DNA of 43,794 bases from a virus (lineage: Duplodnaviria > Caudoviricetes), in the IMG/VR virus record IMGVR_UViG_3300024219_000008, positions 1 to 43,794 of that record. The stretch is one strand, 5' to 3'. The position numbers and the translations under genes are program-made. Below are positions 27,725 through 36,407 of this stretch, one piece after another; positions within the stretch are counted from its first letter, which is position 1, and each line of letters starts with the position of its first letter. The notes beneath the pieces were generated by a model. That model had not been told where the DNA came from. It worked only from the letters and a program-made list of their open reading frames with translations, and searched no databases.

Positions 27725-28111
27725 TTATGCCGGCCAGTTGGTTCGCACGGTTACACGCACGCCACTCACCATTGCCCACCGCATGGAGAAATCCCTGACG
27801 ATCGGCCTGTGGTCTCCCTGGATCACGCCGTGGGTCACCAGCAGATCCATCGTTGCTTTCTCGCGGTTGCAGAGGTCCCATGTATCGTTGGATTCCTGCA
27901 TGCTGACCTCGATCAGCACGGAGACAGGACCCTTGATGCGTGGTGGGTGTTGGCGCAGTAGCTCCCAGCCCGCTCGGTTCTCCCAAGCCTGATATGCTCT
28001 GGTCTTGACGCGCCGGCGCCCCGTGCCAGCGAACAGATTGTTGCTGGTCGGTGGCATCGAAAGGTCGATGACAACCACGTCATGATCCAGGGGCTGGGCG
28101 AGCGCGTCCAT
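27725..28111 (-). CDS. rusA: RusA-like Holliday junction resolvase
   Basis: PPTSNNLF, GPVSVLI, DLCNREKATMDLL..GVIQGD. Confidence 0.8.
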   Translation of the reverse strand: MDALAQPLDHDVVVIDLSMPPTSNNLFAGTGRRRVKTRAYQAWENRAGWELLRQHPPRIKGPVSVLIEVSMQESNDTWDLCNREKATMDLLVTHGVIQGDHRPIVRDFSMRWAMVSGVRVTVRTNWPA

Positions 28112-28115
28112 CAGG

Positions 28116-28598
28116 TTAGCGTCTCCGTGGTTCTGGAGCGCGAAAGCAGATTGCGGCGTGTCCGGCGCAATAGGAGCCTTCTGATGTTGGCTGGTTGCAG
28201 AAAAAATATGGGACGGAATCCCCGTTGGGATATCTGCACCCATCAGGCGCCAGCTTGAGCAGCGGGACCGCTCCGGGCCGCGGATCGGGTCGGGGCATGA
28301 ATGACACCGTTCCCAGCTTTGGCGCACTGGCGGCCTTCCTGATGGCCGTGTCGGGGCGCTGCGATGAGGTTGCACGAGGGCGGGGCTTACGCTGGCTCGG
28401 GCCTCCCTTAGGGCCTCGCCGGCCGCCCTTGCCTGGAGACATGTGCATTTTCTGCCGCTGCGCGCGGCCGATCACGGCACTGCGAGATTTCCTGAGCCCG
28501 AATGTCGCGTTGATCTGTGCCGCAGCCATCGCAGCAGACAGGCCAGCCTCGAAATGGGCGCGCAATGCGTTGTCGTATTCGGGGAGCCAATCGCTCAT
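28116..28598 (-). CDS. gcrA: GcrA-family transcriptional regulator
   Basis: W..GLSA..A..SRSAVIGRAQR N-terminal domain; LL.L..CRYP.GD..FFC..SYCAGH C-terminal domain. Confidence 0.88.
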   Translation of the reverse strand: MSDWLPEYDNALRAHFEAGLSAAMAAAQINATFGLRKSRSAVIGRAQRQKMHMSPGKGGRRGPKGGPSQRKPRPRATSSQRPDTAIRKAASAPKLGTVSFMPRPDPRPGAVPLLKLAPDGCRYPNGDSVPYFFCNQPTSEGSYCAGHAAICFRAPEPRRR

Positions 28599-28888
28599 GC
28601 CGCTCCCCGCTCAACCGCAGCGAGATATTGCCACGATGGATTTTCGAGGAATGCGGGCAACTGCTCCCGAGATCCCTGCTGCTCTCTCGCCCGGTAATAG
28701 GCGAGATCGTCGCGCCAGCATTTCAGTTCGTCGATCGGCACCAGCACGTAGCCGGCGGGGACGCGATAGGCTTCACCCGCGCCCCAATCCGGCGTCACCG
28801 CAGGATCAACCTCACCGGAGTTGGAGCCGCCAGGCAGCGCGGGTGAACTCTGAAACGGGTTTGCGATGTCGAGGACTGGATGCATCAT
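28595..28888 (-). CDS. Hypothetical protein
   Basis: 97 aa; coupled to gcrA. Confidence 0.5.
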   Translation of the reverse strand: MMHPVLDIANPFQSSPALPGGSNSGEVDPAVTPDWGAGEAYRVPAGYVLVPIDELKCWRDDLAYYRAREQQGSREQLPAFLENPSWQYLAAVERGAA

Positions 28889-28891
28889 CGT

Positions 28892-29236
28892 TCATTCCTC
28901 CTCAATCTCACGAAGAAAAGCCTCAGCCGGTGCCACATGGCGCGGATCAGTACTGGCAATTTCATTTTTGAGCTTTCGAATCTGGCGCTCACATTCGGCC
29001 TGATACGCAGCCGCGATAGTCTCGTAAACGGACTTGCTGATGATCTTCAGTCGCTCACGCCGGTAGCGAAGCGACCATAGAAACCCGTAATCAATCCCGT
29101 ATTCACGCTCGATCGAACGCATTGCGTTTTCAGTATCGCCAGGGCCGCGCGCCTTCATGCGCGTCAGCTCTTTCGACCACTTCTGAGCGTTGTCGATGTA
29201 AACAGCGTCAGACATCGGCAGTACCTTTTTACCCAC
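28892..29236 (-). CDS. CII-like regulator
   Basis: GGAGG SD plus GTG; ARGPGDTENAMRSIEREYGI..LWSLRYR; downstream of cro. Confidence 0.65.
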   Translation of the reverse strand: MGKKVLPMSDAVYIDNAQKWSKELTRMKARGPGDTENAMRSIEREYGIDYGFLWSLRYRRERLKIISKSVYETIAAAYQAECERQIRKLKNEIASTDPRHVAPAEAFLREIEEE

Positions 29237-29666
29237 TTGCAAAAACCTCCGTGTTTGATTGGCCAACATGGAGGATGATGGAGATAGCGAAGCACTCACG
29301 TTTGAGACCCTTGCGGCGGCAACCGCACGAGTCCTCAGTTCATTCGACAAACAGATTTTGGAACGACACCCCGAGCAGGATGAAAAGAGCCGGCGCCGCC
29401 TGCCGGGGCATGTGAAGGCAGCGCCGGACGCGCGTTCGTCTTGAGGATGTTGCGCGCGTTCTTGATCTCGTTGAGGAGCGATCCCCCTACGGAATTACCC
29501 ACAAATGCCCGACGATGATCACATTCTGCGACAATCTGTCCAATTGCCTCAATGTGGACACACTTTCGTCGAATCGTGGTCATTCGCCCTAAAGTTGCAT
29601 AATAAATGGGCGCACGGGAGGCATCGTGGGACATGTCATTCGCGGGCCATGGCGACAGCGACGTCC

Positions 29667-29912
29667 TCATGCGCGAGCCTCCGCAGCAACCGGGCGCGGA
29701 ACGTCTTCAGGCCATTCAGCGGTCGCAGGCCACTTCTCCGAAAACCAGCGCAGCGCGGATTCCATCCGGCCCACCGTGATATCGGCGCCCTCTTCAAGGG
29801 CATTGAGCCGCTTGCCATCATTCAGCGCACGGGAAGAGACCGTGGATAGCGGCACGCCCTCTGCAGCACCGTATGCGCGCGCCACTTTGAGCAGTTGTTC
29901 GATTGCTGACAT
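29667..29912 (-). CDS. cro: Cro-like repressor
   Basis: 81 aa; LSTVSSRALNDGK..GADIT..WFSEKWP; divergent from cI. Confidence 0.75.
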   Translation of the reverse strand: MSAIEQLLKVARAYGAAEGVPLSTVSSRALNDGKRLNALEEGADITVGRMESALRWFSEKWPATAEWPEDVPRPVAAEARA

Positions 29913-29918
29913 GGGCTC

Positions 29919-29947
29919 ACTATCGGTAAGCATACCGGTTTTGTCAA
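29919..29947 (-). promoter_or_regulatory. pR-like promoter (leaderless cro)
   Basis: TTGACA-N17-GATAGT, then 6 nt to the ATG. Confidence 0.8.
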
Positions 29948-29996
29948 CGGTAAACTTGCCGGATGCACACGCGTTCCATTCCGGTCATTCTACCGG
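29923..29996. promoter_or_regulatory. Three OR-like operators
   Basis: TCGGTA-AGCA-TACCGG (29923), ACGGTA-AACT-TGCCGG (29947), CCGGTC-ATTC-TACCGG (29981). Confidence 0.85.
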
Positions 29997-29997
29997 G

Positions 29998-30315
29998 ATG
30001 GATCACGAGATACTTTTGGCGAACATCGAACGGCACCTGAAGGCCAAAAAGGTCAGCGCCGATGCCGTGTCCAAACTTGCCAAGCGGCCAGATGCGATCC
30101 GCAACCTGCGCCGGCGCGTCAAAGGCGAGTTCGATGGCAGCATGACCCTTGACACCCTGATCGACATTGCGCGCGCGCTTGATGTGCCACCGTGGGAGCT
30201 TATGCGCCCGCCAGGCACGGCCGCGAGCTCGGACGAGCTGCGTGATCTGATCGACCAACGGATTGAGGAAAGGCTGGCAGCCTCTTCTAGTACCCCCCAA
30301 AGAAAAATCCGGTAG
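29998..30315 (+). CDS. cI: CI-like XRE repressor (105 aa, no S24 peptidase domain)
   Basis: HTH with TLIDIARALDVPPWELM; flanked by operators; CATTCT -10 element 6 nt upstream. Confidence 0.8.
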   Translation: MDHEILLANIERHLKAKKVSADAVSKLAKRPDAIRNLRRRVKGEFDGSMTLDTLIDIARALDVPPWELMRPPGTAASSDELRDLIDQRIEERLAASSSTPQRKIR

Positions 30316-30359
30316 ACATACCGATTTTGCTTGACCGGTACGAATACCGGTTCTAAGGT
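30309..30359 (+). promoter_or_regulatory. Two OL-like operators and a pL-like promoter
   Basis: CCGGTA-GACA-TACCGA (30309), CCGGTA-CGAA-TACCGG (30335); TTGACC-N17-TAAGGT. Confidence 0.85.
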
Positions 30360-30389
30360 GGCCCATCAGATCGCTGATGGAGAGCCGCC

Positions 30390-30569
30390 ATGACCAGCCT
30401 CACACTCGGAACTGCCAAGATCACCAAGACCGCTGACGGTGCCTTCATCCTCAATTGGATGGGCCACGGTTCTTGGACCATCGGCGAGCAGACCTTCGGC
30501 AACATCAATCCGGCTCTCCGTTTCTGCCGCGAGCGTGGTCTGAGCGTCGTCAATGTGGCGGGGCTGTGA
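30390..30569 (+). CDS. First early gene, hypothetical (59 aa)
   Basis: GGAGAG SD; MTSLTLGTAKITKTADG.. Confidence 0.6.
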   Translation: MTSLTLGTAKITKTADGAFILNWMGHGSWTIGEQTFGNINPALRFCRERGLSVVNVAGL

Positions 30570-30730
30570 TGACCCCCATCTCCGATACCACCGAAGTCAT
30601 AGAATTCCCCGGCGTCAAGACCATCGTCACCACGCTGCCTGACGGCAAGAAGCTGTACCGGACCGTGGTCACGAAGAACCGCGGCGCCGCCGGCACGCCG
30701 CACCTCGCCAAGATCGCGCGGAAGGGTTGA
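30569..30730 (+). CDS. Hypothetical early protein (53 aa)
   Basis: TGATG-coupled; MTPISDTTEVIEF. Confidence 0.6.
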   Translation: MTPISDTTEVIEFPGVKTIVTTLPDGKKLYRTVVTKNRGAAGTPHLAKIARKG

Positions 30731-30733
30731 TCG

Positions 30734-30982
30734 ATGACCCTCACCGCAGCCCGAGGCTGGAACTCATGGACGAGCACGGAGCTTTCGCGGCTCCGGAGGA
30801 ACTACCCGGTCATGACGGTTGCCGAGCTAGAGACAGCATTTCCGAACCATTCAATCAACTCAATTCGAACGACCGCGAGCGATCTCAAGATCAGCAAGGA
30901 CTTTGGCGCCCGCAAGTGGCTCAGGATCGCCGCAGCTCACGTCCCGCTTTGTGATTTCGCAATTGCGCTGAGGAGAATCTGA
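30734..30982 (+). CDS. Hypothetical early protein (HTH/Myb-like)
   Basis: WTSTEL..LRRNYP..HSINSIR pattern. Confidence 0.6.
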   Translation: MTLTAARGWNSWTSTELSRLRRNYPVMTVAELETAFPNHSINSIRTTASDLKISKDFGARKWLRIAAAHVPLCDFAIALRRI

Positions 30983-31359
30983 TGACCCCCGCCCGCCGCC
31001 AGCACCTCGGCCGCCGCATCTGCTACGATCTAGACCAGATGCCGAGTGCGCAACCTACCGCAGTCCTTTACTTCGTCATCTGCCAATTCAAAGACGGCCG
31101 CGCATCGGTTGAGCGCGACACCACCCGCATGAACCGCGCCGACACCATCGAGGACATTCGATCGGGTGAACTGTCCAACGTCGTGACGGTGATCGAGACG
31201 GAGATATCAGCGGGCCACTCCCGCGACGTGACGGCCGATATCCTTGCCGAGGCCGAGGAGCTTCGCGCGCAGGACCGCAGCCCGATCATGAGCGCGCTGG
31301 ATAGGCTGCTGGCTGATCTGGACCACGATCGCGACGAACGCAAGCATCAGGAGGCGTGA
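30982..31359 (+). CDS. Hypothetical early protein
   Basis: 125 aa coupled ORF. Confidence 0.65.
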   Translation: MTPARRQHLGRRICYDLDQMPSAQPTAVLYFVICQFKDGRASVERDTTRMNRADTIEDIRSGELSNVVTVIETEISAGHSRDVTADILAEAEELRAQDRSPIMSALDRLLADLDHDRDERKHQEA

Positions 31360-31665
31360 ATGTTCAGGGTCGGTCAGAAGGTCGTGTGCGTGGATGCAAG
31401 TATTAGATATCAGAACCCGCCTTGGAATAAGCCGGTCCCTCTCGTTAAAGGTCGGGTCTACACGATCCGTGGATCTGAAAACGGAGGCGGTGTTCTCGGC
31501 GTCTATTTATTCGAGACAAAGTCAAATTTGCCTCCCTTCCCAGATGGGAGCGAACGAAGTTTTTGTGCAGACCGCTTCCGCCCCATCGTCGAGCGCAAGA
31601 CGGACATCTCGATTTTCACTGAGATGCTTTCGCCGGCCCGCAAGCACGAGGTGGCCAATGGGTGA
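31360..31665 (+). CDS. Hypothetical early protein
   Basis: FRVGQKVVCVD..RFRP..RKTDISIF phage-type pattern. Confidence 0.7.
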   Translation: MFRVGQKVVCVDASIRYQNPPWNKPVPLVKGRVYTIRGSENGGGVLGVYLFETKSNLPPFPDGSERSFCADRFRPIVERKTDISIFTEMLSPARKHEVANG

Positions 31666-31930
31666 CTCGACCAGCTTCGATATCACATGGCACCACGGCG
31701 CATATTACGTGTCCATTCCGAACTACAGCGGCGGAACAGTTTACACGGCTGAGCATGTCGCCCGCCTCACCCGCGAGAACGAGGCGATGCGGAAGGCGCT
31801 GGAGGATATAGAGCAGGCGCTGAAGGGTTTTAGATACAATCGAGATCATTACCCTGCCCTTGCCGCAGCAAGAGACAAGTCTCGCGCCGCTCTTTCCTCT
31901 CTCAAGGAGACCCCCGATGCGAAAGCCTGA
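31658..31930 (+). CDS. Hypothetical early protein
   Basis: 90 aa from MGDSTS; GAGG SD. Confidence 0.6.
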   Translation: MGDSTSFDITWHHGAYYVSIPNYSGGTVYTAEHVARLTRENEAMRKALEDIEQALKGFRYNRDHYPALAAARDKSRAALSSLKETPDAKA

Positions 31931-32078
31931 CCCTGAGATGGTCGCCTGTTACATCAAGCTCCTGCCAGAATTTCTAGCGGTCGTGGTGTTCCTCGGAATG
32001 TGCGCGCTGTGGGTCGGTATAGCCAGTGACGCGATCCTTCGCGAACGGCTCGCTGCGCATCAAATGGTGCGGCGATGA
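31917..32078 (+). CDS. Small TM protein
   Basis: 53 aa from MRKPDPE; AAGGAG SD. Confidence 0.55.
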   Translation: MRKPDPEMVACYIKLLPEFLAVVVFLGMCALWVGIASDAILRERLAAHQMVRR

Positions 32079-32188
32079 AATTCACCGGCACGCTCGCCGC
32101 TCCTCTCGCCGCCGCACTCGCCGGCACGCTGTTCATGATCGTGGAGCACTATTACGTGGCTCCGTTGCTCGCAAGGTGGTTCGAATGA
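32075..32188 (+). CDS. 37-aa TM peptide
   Basis: MKFTGTLAAPLAAALAGTLFMIV..; ATGA overlaps on both sides. Confidence 0.5.
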   Translation: MKFTGTLAAPLAAALAGTLFMIVEHYYVAPLLARWFE

Positions 32189-32772
32189 ATGAGAGCGATC
32201 TTCATAGGGCTATCGAGGCCGCCAAGAGCCTACGCCTTGAGATCGCTCGCATGTGCTGCGGCGACGAGCAGTTGCTCGCCGACACGTTTGAGGGCGAAAC
32301 TACGCTTGACGTGGAAATCCGCGCCGCGGTGCTCCTGATTGAGGAGGACGAGATTTTCGTCACCGGCATCAAGGCGCGCGAGGCTGAATTGAAGACGCGG
32401 CGGCTGCGGCTCGAAAAGCGGATCGAAGCGACGCGCGGGCTGATAGAGCAAGCCATGACGCTGGCACAATGGCCAAATCGGGAGATGGATATCGGAACCG
32501 TTGTGCTCGGCAAGGCCGGGCCTCGCCTGGTGGTCGACAACGAGAGTGAGATACCGACGCAGTTCTGGAAGCGCAACGACCCAGTGCTCGACAGGGCTGG
32601 GCTGACGAAGGTTCTGCGCGAGCGCCAAAGGGCGTTGGACAATCTCTTTGCGGCCAAGATACCGCCAGAAGCCCGCGCGCTCGAGATCGAGAAATTGAAC
32701 GCAGAGATGCCGGCCATCCCCGGCGTCCACATGGAAACTGACGGCGTAACGCTGACCATTCGGAGAGCCTGA
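32185..32772 (+). CDS. Siphovirus Gp157-like protein
   Basis: DTFEGET, coiled coil, IPTQFWK..P.LD, IPG..L.IR; adjacent to RecT. Confidence 0.7.
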   Translation: MNESDLHRAIEAAKSLRLEIARMCCGDEQLLADTFEGETTLDVEIRAAVLLIEEDEIFVTGIKAREAELKTRRLRLEKRIEATRGLIEQAMTLAQWPNREMDIGTVVLGKAGPRLVVDNESEIPTQFWKRNDPVLDRAGLTKVLRERQRALDNLFAAKIPPEARALEIEKLNAEMPAIPGVHMETDGVTLTIRRA

Positions 32773-32773
32773 C

Positions 32774-33763
32774 ATGAACCAGATTTCACGAATCCAACCG
32801 GCCGGCGTCGCATCGTGGACCTCGCGCCAGCTTGAGACCATCAAGCGCACGGTCGCCAAGGATACCAGCGATGACGAGTTTAACCTGTTCATAGAATATG
32901 CCAGGTCGAAGCAGCTTGACCCATTTTCGAAGCAGGTCATCGCGATCGTGTTTTCGAAGGATGACGAAAAAAAGCGTCAGATGACAATCATCACGACGCA
33001 GGATGGCTGCCGCGTTCTCGCCTCGCGCTGCCGCGACTATCGGCCGGAGGAGACAGAGCCTGTCAAGGAGTACGATCCGACACTCAAGGGGCCGACGAAC
33101 CCGCTCGGCATCGTCAAATCCACGGCGACGCTTTGGAAGCAGGATAGTGCTGGTAAGTGGTGGCCAGTCAACGGAACTGCCTATTGGGATGAGTATGTCC
33201 CCCTCAAGGTCAACGCTGACGCCTTCGATTGGATCGATACCGGCGAAACATGGAAGGACACCGGGAAGCCGAAGAAGAAAAAGGTTCTCCGCGAGGGTGC
33301 TGACGCTGGCTTGGCAGTCGACCCCAGCGGCCAATGGCTCAAAATGCCACGCAACCAGATCGACAAGTGCGCCCGCATGCAGGCGCTGCGCGGCGGCTGG
33401 CCGGAGACATTCTCAGGCGTCTACGCTCCAGAGGAGATGGACCGCACCGTCGCCATGGATCTGACCGCCTCGGAAATGGTCGATGCCGAGCGCGAGAGCC
33501 GCCGCATGAAGTCGATCGCCATGTCGGACGATGAATACCCGTTTGTCGACCACGAGGGAACGATGACGTTCATCCCGGCCGGAAGATATGGCGACCGCGT
33601 CATCATGATGGCCCGGAACTGCACCGAGATAGCCGAACTCGACAGCATGAAGACCCGCAACCGGGAAGGCCTGCAGCGGTTCTGGGCTCGCCACAAGGAT
33701 GACGCGCTATCGGTGAACGCTGAACTGGAAAAGCTCCGCAGCGCGCTCGCAAAGGTCGCCTGA
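32774..33763 (+). CDS. bet: RecT/Bet single-strand annealing protein
   Basis: EFNLF..LDPFSKQ, DGCR..A, W.EY, WLKMP.NQI.KCA..QALR..WP..FSGVY..EEM. Confidence 0.88.
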   Translation: MNQISRIQPAGVASWTSRQLETIKRTVAKDTSDDEFNLFIEYARSKQLDPFSKQVIAIVFSKDDEKKRQMTIITTQDGCRVLASRCRDYRPEETEPVKEYDPTLKGPTNPLGIVKSTATLWKQDSAGKWWPVNGTAYWDEYVPLKVNADAFDWIDTGETWKDTGKPKKKKVLREGADAGLAVDPSGQWLKMPRNQIDKCARMQALRGGWPETFSGVYAPEEMDRTVAMDLTASEMVDAERESRRMKSIAMSDDEYPFVDHEGTMTFIPAGRYGDRVIMMARNCTEIAELDSMKTRNREGLQRFWARHKDDALSVNAELEKLRSALAKVA

Positions 33764-33764
33764 C

Positions 33765-34271
33765 ATGAAGCCGCTCGCCATCCGCGCAAGCTACGCAGAC
33801 CTCAAGCTCGTGAAGACGCGCCAGGTCGCACAGTTGATTTTCGAGGTTCCGATCGAGGAATTCGATGCGGCTTACGAGGTACTGGGCGGCTTGCCCAATC
33901 CTGCCAAGGAACGGTGGTTCGCAATAGCAGCAATCAAGGAGGTGATGCCCGATACCCAAACAGCAACGAACATCCAGCGGACTGATGCGCGGCCCGAGCC
34001 GAAGGACAAGCCGGCTCGGGCCAAGCGCGGATGGCGGGATCTTCAGCCCTCACAGCAGGCCGGGATGAGATGCGAGGAAGCAGCGTTCGTGCATTTCCTT
34101 CGCGAAGTCCGCAAGGATGATTGGCACGAAACGCAGGACACCGCGGATTGCGTCCGCCTTATCTGCGGCGTGGAATCCCGCGCCGAGCTGAACTCGAACC
34201 AGCGGGCCAGGGTGATCTGGCATCAACTGGACGAGCAGTATCAAGCATGGAAGGCGGTGGAGCATGCTTAG
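33765..34271 (+). CDS. Recombination-associated hypothetical protein
   Basis: QQAGMRC..F..FL..CGVESRAEL motif. Confidence 0.65.
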   Translation: MKPLAIRASYADLKLVKTRQVAQLIFEVPIEEFDAAYEVLGGLPNPAKERWFAIAAIKEVMPDTQTATNIQRTDARPEPKDKPARAKRGWRDLQPSQQAGMRCEEAAFVHFLREVRKDDWHETQDTADCVRLICGVESRAELNSNQRARVIWHQLDEQYQAWKAVEHA

Positions 34272-34560
34272 GCAACGCGAGCCGCGCCAGATCGATAAGA
34301 GGCACCTGGATTTCGTGCGCTCGCAACCGTGCTGCATCTGCGGAGAGGATACGACGGTGGAAGCCGCACATATCCGGACAGCCTCAATTCTGCACGGCAA
34401 GAGACTGACGGGAATGGCTGAGAAGCCGAGCGACAAGTGGGCTGTTCCCTTATGCGGGAGGCACCATCGAGAGCAGCACGCGGCGGGCAACGAAATAGCC
34501 TGGTGGGCGAGCTACGGGAAAGACCCATTCATGATCGCCATCGGTCTGAAGCGACGGTAA
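34264..34560 (+). CDS. DUF968-like Zn/HNH-type protein
   Basis: HLDFVRSQPCCICG, EAAHIR, KPSDKWAVPLC..HHREQH. Confidence 0.75.
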   Translation: MLRQREPRQIDKRHLDFVRSQPCCICGEDTTVEAAHIRTASILHGKRLTGMAEKPSDKWAVPLCGRHHREQHAAGNEIAWWASYGKDPFMIAIGLKRR

Positions 34561-34581
34561 TGGGAAATCAACGAGGAAAAC

Positions 34582-34821
34582 ATGACAATGATCGAGTTTG
34601 AAAAGAACATCCCGATTCCTGATCCGTGGCGGCGGAAGAAAGGAGAGGCATTTCAGTTTGAAAAAATGGAGATCGGCGACTCCTTTGTGCTGGAGAAGAC
34701 CGGACACAAAAGTTGGGCATTTGCCTTTGTTATGATCCGCGATGCCCAGATCAAATTCCGCATCAAGCTGACCACCCGCCTCATTGACGATGAGAAGCGC
34801 CGCGTGTGGCGAACCGCGTAA
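34582..34821 (+). CDS. Small DNA-binding-like protein
   Basis: EKNIPIP..F.KMEIGDSF..RVWR pattern. Confidence 0.7.
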   Translation: MTMIEFEKNIPIPDPWRRKKGEAFQFEKMEIGDSFVLEKTGHKSWAFAFVMIRDAQIKFRIKLTTRLIDDEKRRVWRTA

Positions 34822-34835
34822 ATTGGGAATTAACG

Positions 34836-35369
34836 ATGAAATATCACTGCGCACATTGCGGAAAGGTTGCAGACAGGCCGGCAGGCCATGTCAACCGCTC
34901 GCGCGCCGTCGGTATGAAGTTGTTTTGCGGACGGAAGTGCTTTGGACTCGATCGACGCAAGAACAAAACCAAAGCGCAGAAACGGGAAGAAAAGAGGCTG
35001 TACGACCTGAATTATAGGGCCACCAGTCCAACCCTGAAAGCCAGACGCCACGCCTATTTTGTCCGCACTTACGATCCGGTAGAGGCCGCAAAAGTCCGCA
35101 AGAAGCGAGCGCCGCAGCACGCCGAATACTGCCGGCAGTCTTGGTACAAGGCATGGAAGAAGGAATACGACGCTCGATATAGAGCGAAAGAGTTTGGAGC
35201 GTTTGCCGAGGCGTACAACCTGACTTTGGAACTGAACCGAGAAATCAAAAGGAGATTTAATCATGGCGAAATCAAATACGAAAACGGTTGCACGAACAAA
35301 GCGCAACGGCGTGAGCGCGAAGCCGGTCAAGGGCCAAGTCGAAACCGTCATTCGGCCGCTCACGGCTAG
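34836..35369 (+). CDS. Zn-finger basic protein
   Basis: CAHCGK..FCGRKC; Lys/Arg-rich. Confidence 0.65.
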   Translation: MKYHCAHCGKVADRPAGHVNRSRAVGMKLFCGRKCFGLDRRKNKTKAQKREEKRLYDLNYRATSPTLKARRHAYFVRTYDPVEAAKVRKKRAPQHAEYCRQSWYKAWKKEYDARYRAKEFGAFAEAYNLTLELNREIKRRFNHGEIKYENGCTNKAQRREREAGQGPSRNRHSAAHG

Positions 35370-35559
35370 CAGCCTGAAGGACATCCTTTGGGAGACGCTG
35401 ACCGACCTGAAGCATGAGAACATCATGCCGAACCGGGCCGACGCGATCGCAGCGCAGTCCCGTGAAATCCTGCGCACCGTAAAGGTTCAGCTTCAGATCA
35501 GCGGCCAGACGCAGCGTGCAGTCCCCCAGGAGATCATAGACTTCTCGGAACGCCGTTAG
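35263..35559 (+). CDS. Small helical protein overlapping the previous gene
   Basis: AAGGAG SD; LKDILWETLTDL..ADAIA..REILRTVKVQL. Confidence 0.7.
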   Translation: MAKSNTKTVARTKRNGVSAKPVKGQVETVIRPLTASSLKDILWETLTDLKHENIMPNRADAIAAQSREILRTVKVQLQISGQTQRAVPQEIIDFSERR

Positions 35560-35590
35560 CGTTAATGCCCCGGAACCGCGAGGTTGAGAC

Positions 35591-35893
35591 ATGACGAACG
35601 AGATGCTGGAACTGGCGGACAGGATTGATACGTGCATCAGAAAGCGGATTTATGATGTCGGATTATCTCAGGACGAGAAGACCGCTATCGTCACCGCCCT
35701 CCGCGCTCAGTCCGACGTGCGCGCCCCTGCGGCGCCCGCCGACCTCGCCGAGGACTGCGCCAAGATCGCTGAGGGGCATGTCGGGGCGTCAAGCGAGATT
35801 GGATATGTATACGCAAAAGCCTACGACGAAGCCTGCCGCGACATCGCGAAGGCGATCCGGGACACGCATATCGTTGAGGGAGCGGGGAAATGA
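35591..35893 (+). CDS. Hypothetical protein
   Basis: 100 aa; CAKIAE..IAKAIR motif. Confidence 0.65.
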   Translation: MTNEMLELADRIDTCIRKRIYDVGLSQDEKTAIVTALRAQSDVRAPAAPADLAEDCAKIAEGHVGASSEIGYVYAKAYDEACRDIAKAIRDTHIVEGAGK

Positions 35894-36204
35894 TGGACCC
35901 AGCACTGCGACATTGGTGCGAATGCACGTTATGCCAGGAGAGAGCCGACGAGATCGACCGGCTGAGAGCCATCGCGATTGAGCGCATGGCATGGTTCAAG
36001 CAGGCCGCCGACAATGTCGAACTCCTGGATGCCCAGCTTGCGAGCGCGCGGAAGGCGCTGGATAGCATGTCGGCGCAGCTTACCTCATCAGAAATGGATG
36101 AAGATCAGCGCGATCACGCTGACTGGCAAGGCGGATATGACGCAATGGTTATTGTGGCTCGTGTAGCCCTGGATGCCTTAACTGACGAGAAAGGCGAGTC
36201 ATGA
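35890..36204 (+). CDS. Hypothetical protein
   Basis: 104 aa; ADEIDRLR coiled coil. Confidence 0.65.
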   Translation: MMDPALRHWCECTLCQERADEIDRLRAIAIERMAWFKQAADNVELLDAQLASARKALDSMSAQLTSSEMDEDQRDHADWQGGYDAMVIVARVALDALTDEKGES

Positions 36205-36407
36205 GCAAGCCGAACTTCATGCCGTCCGTCTGCCCTCACTGCGAATACGATCGCCGTTTTCCAGGCTTCGAGCGTGGTGGCTGGATGCGGCAGGAGAATA
36301 ACGGCCCGATCGTTTCGTGCCCAATGTGCAACCCAAACGGCCTCTTCATTCGAGATGATATCGACGAAGTTACCGTTTCTTCTGCTCAACGAGGACGCGA
36401 TGAGTGA
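36201..36407 (+). CDS. Small Zn-ribbon protein
   Basis: CPHC..CPMC. Confidence 0.6.
   Translation: MSKPNFMPSVCPHCEYDRRFPGFERGGWMRQENNGPIVSCPMCNPNGLFIRDDIDEVTVSSAQRGRDE

Noticed and set aside
34819-34834. CtrA box (TAAA-N7-TTAAC)
   Set aside because: Only one near match and no promoter context; most sister sites have 6-bp spacers, so a recombinase-core reading fits better, though CtrA is not excluded
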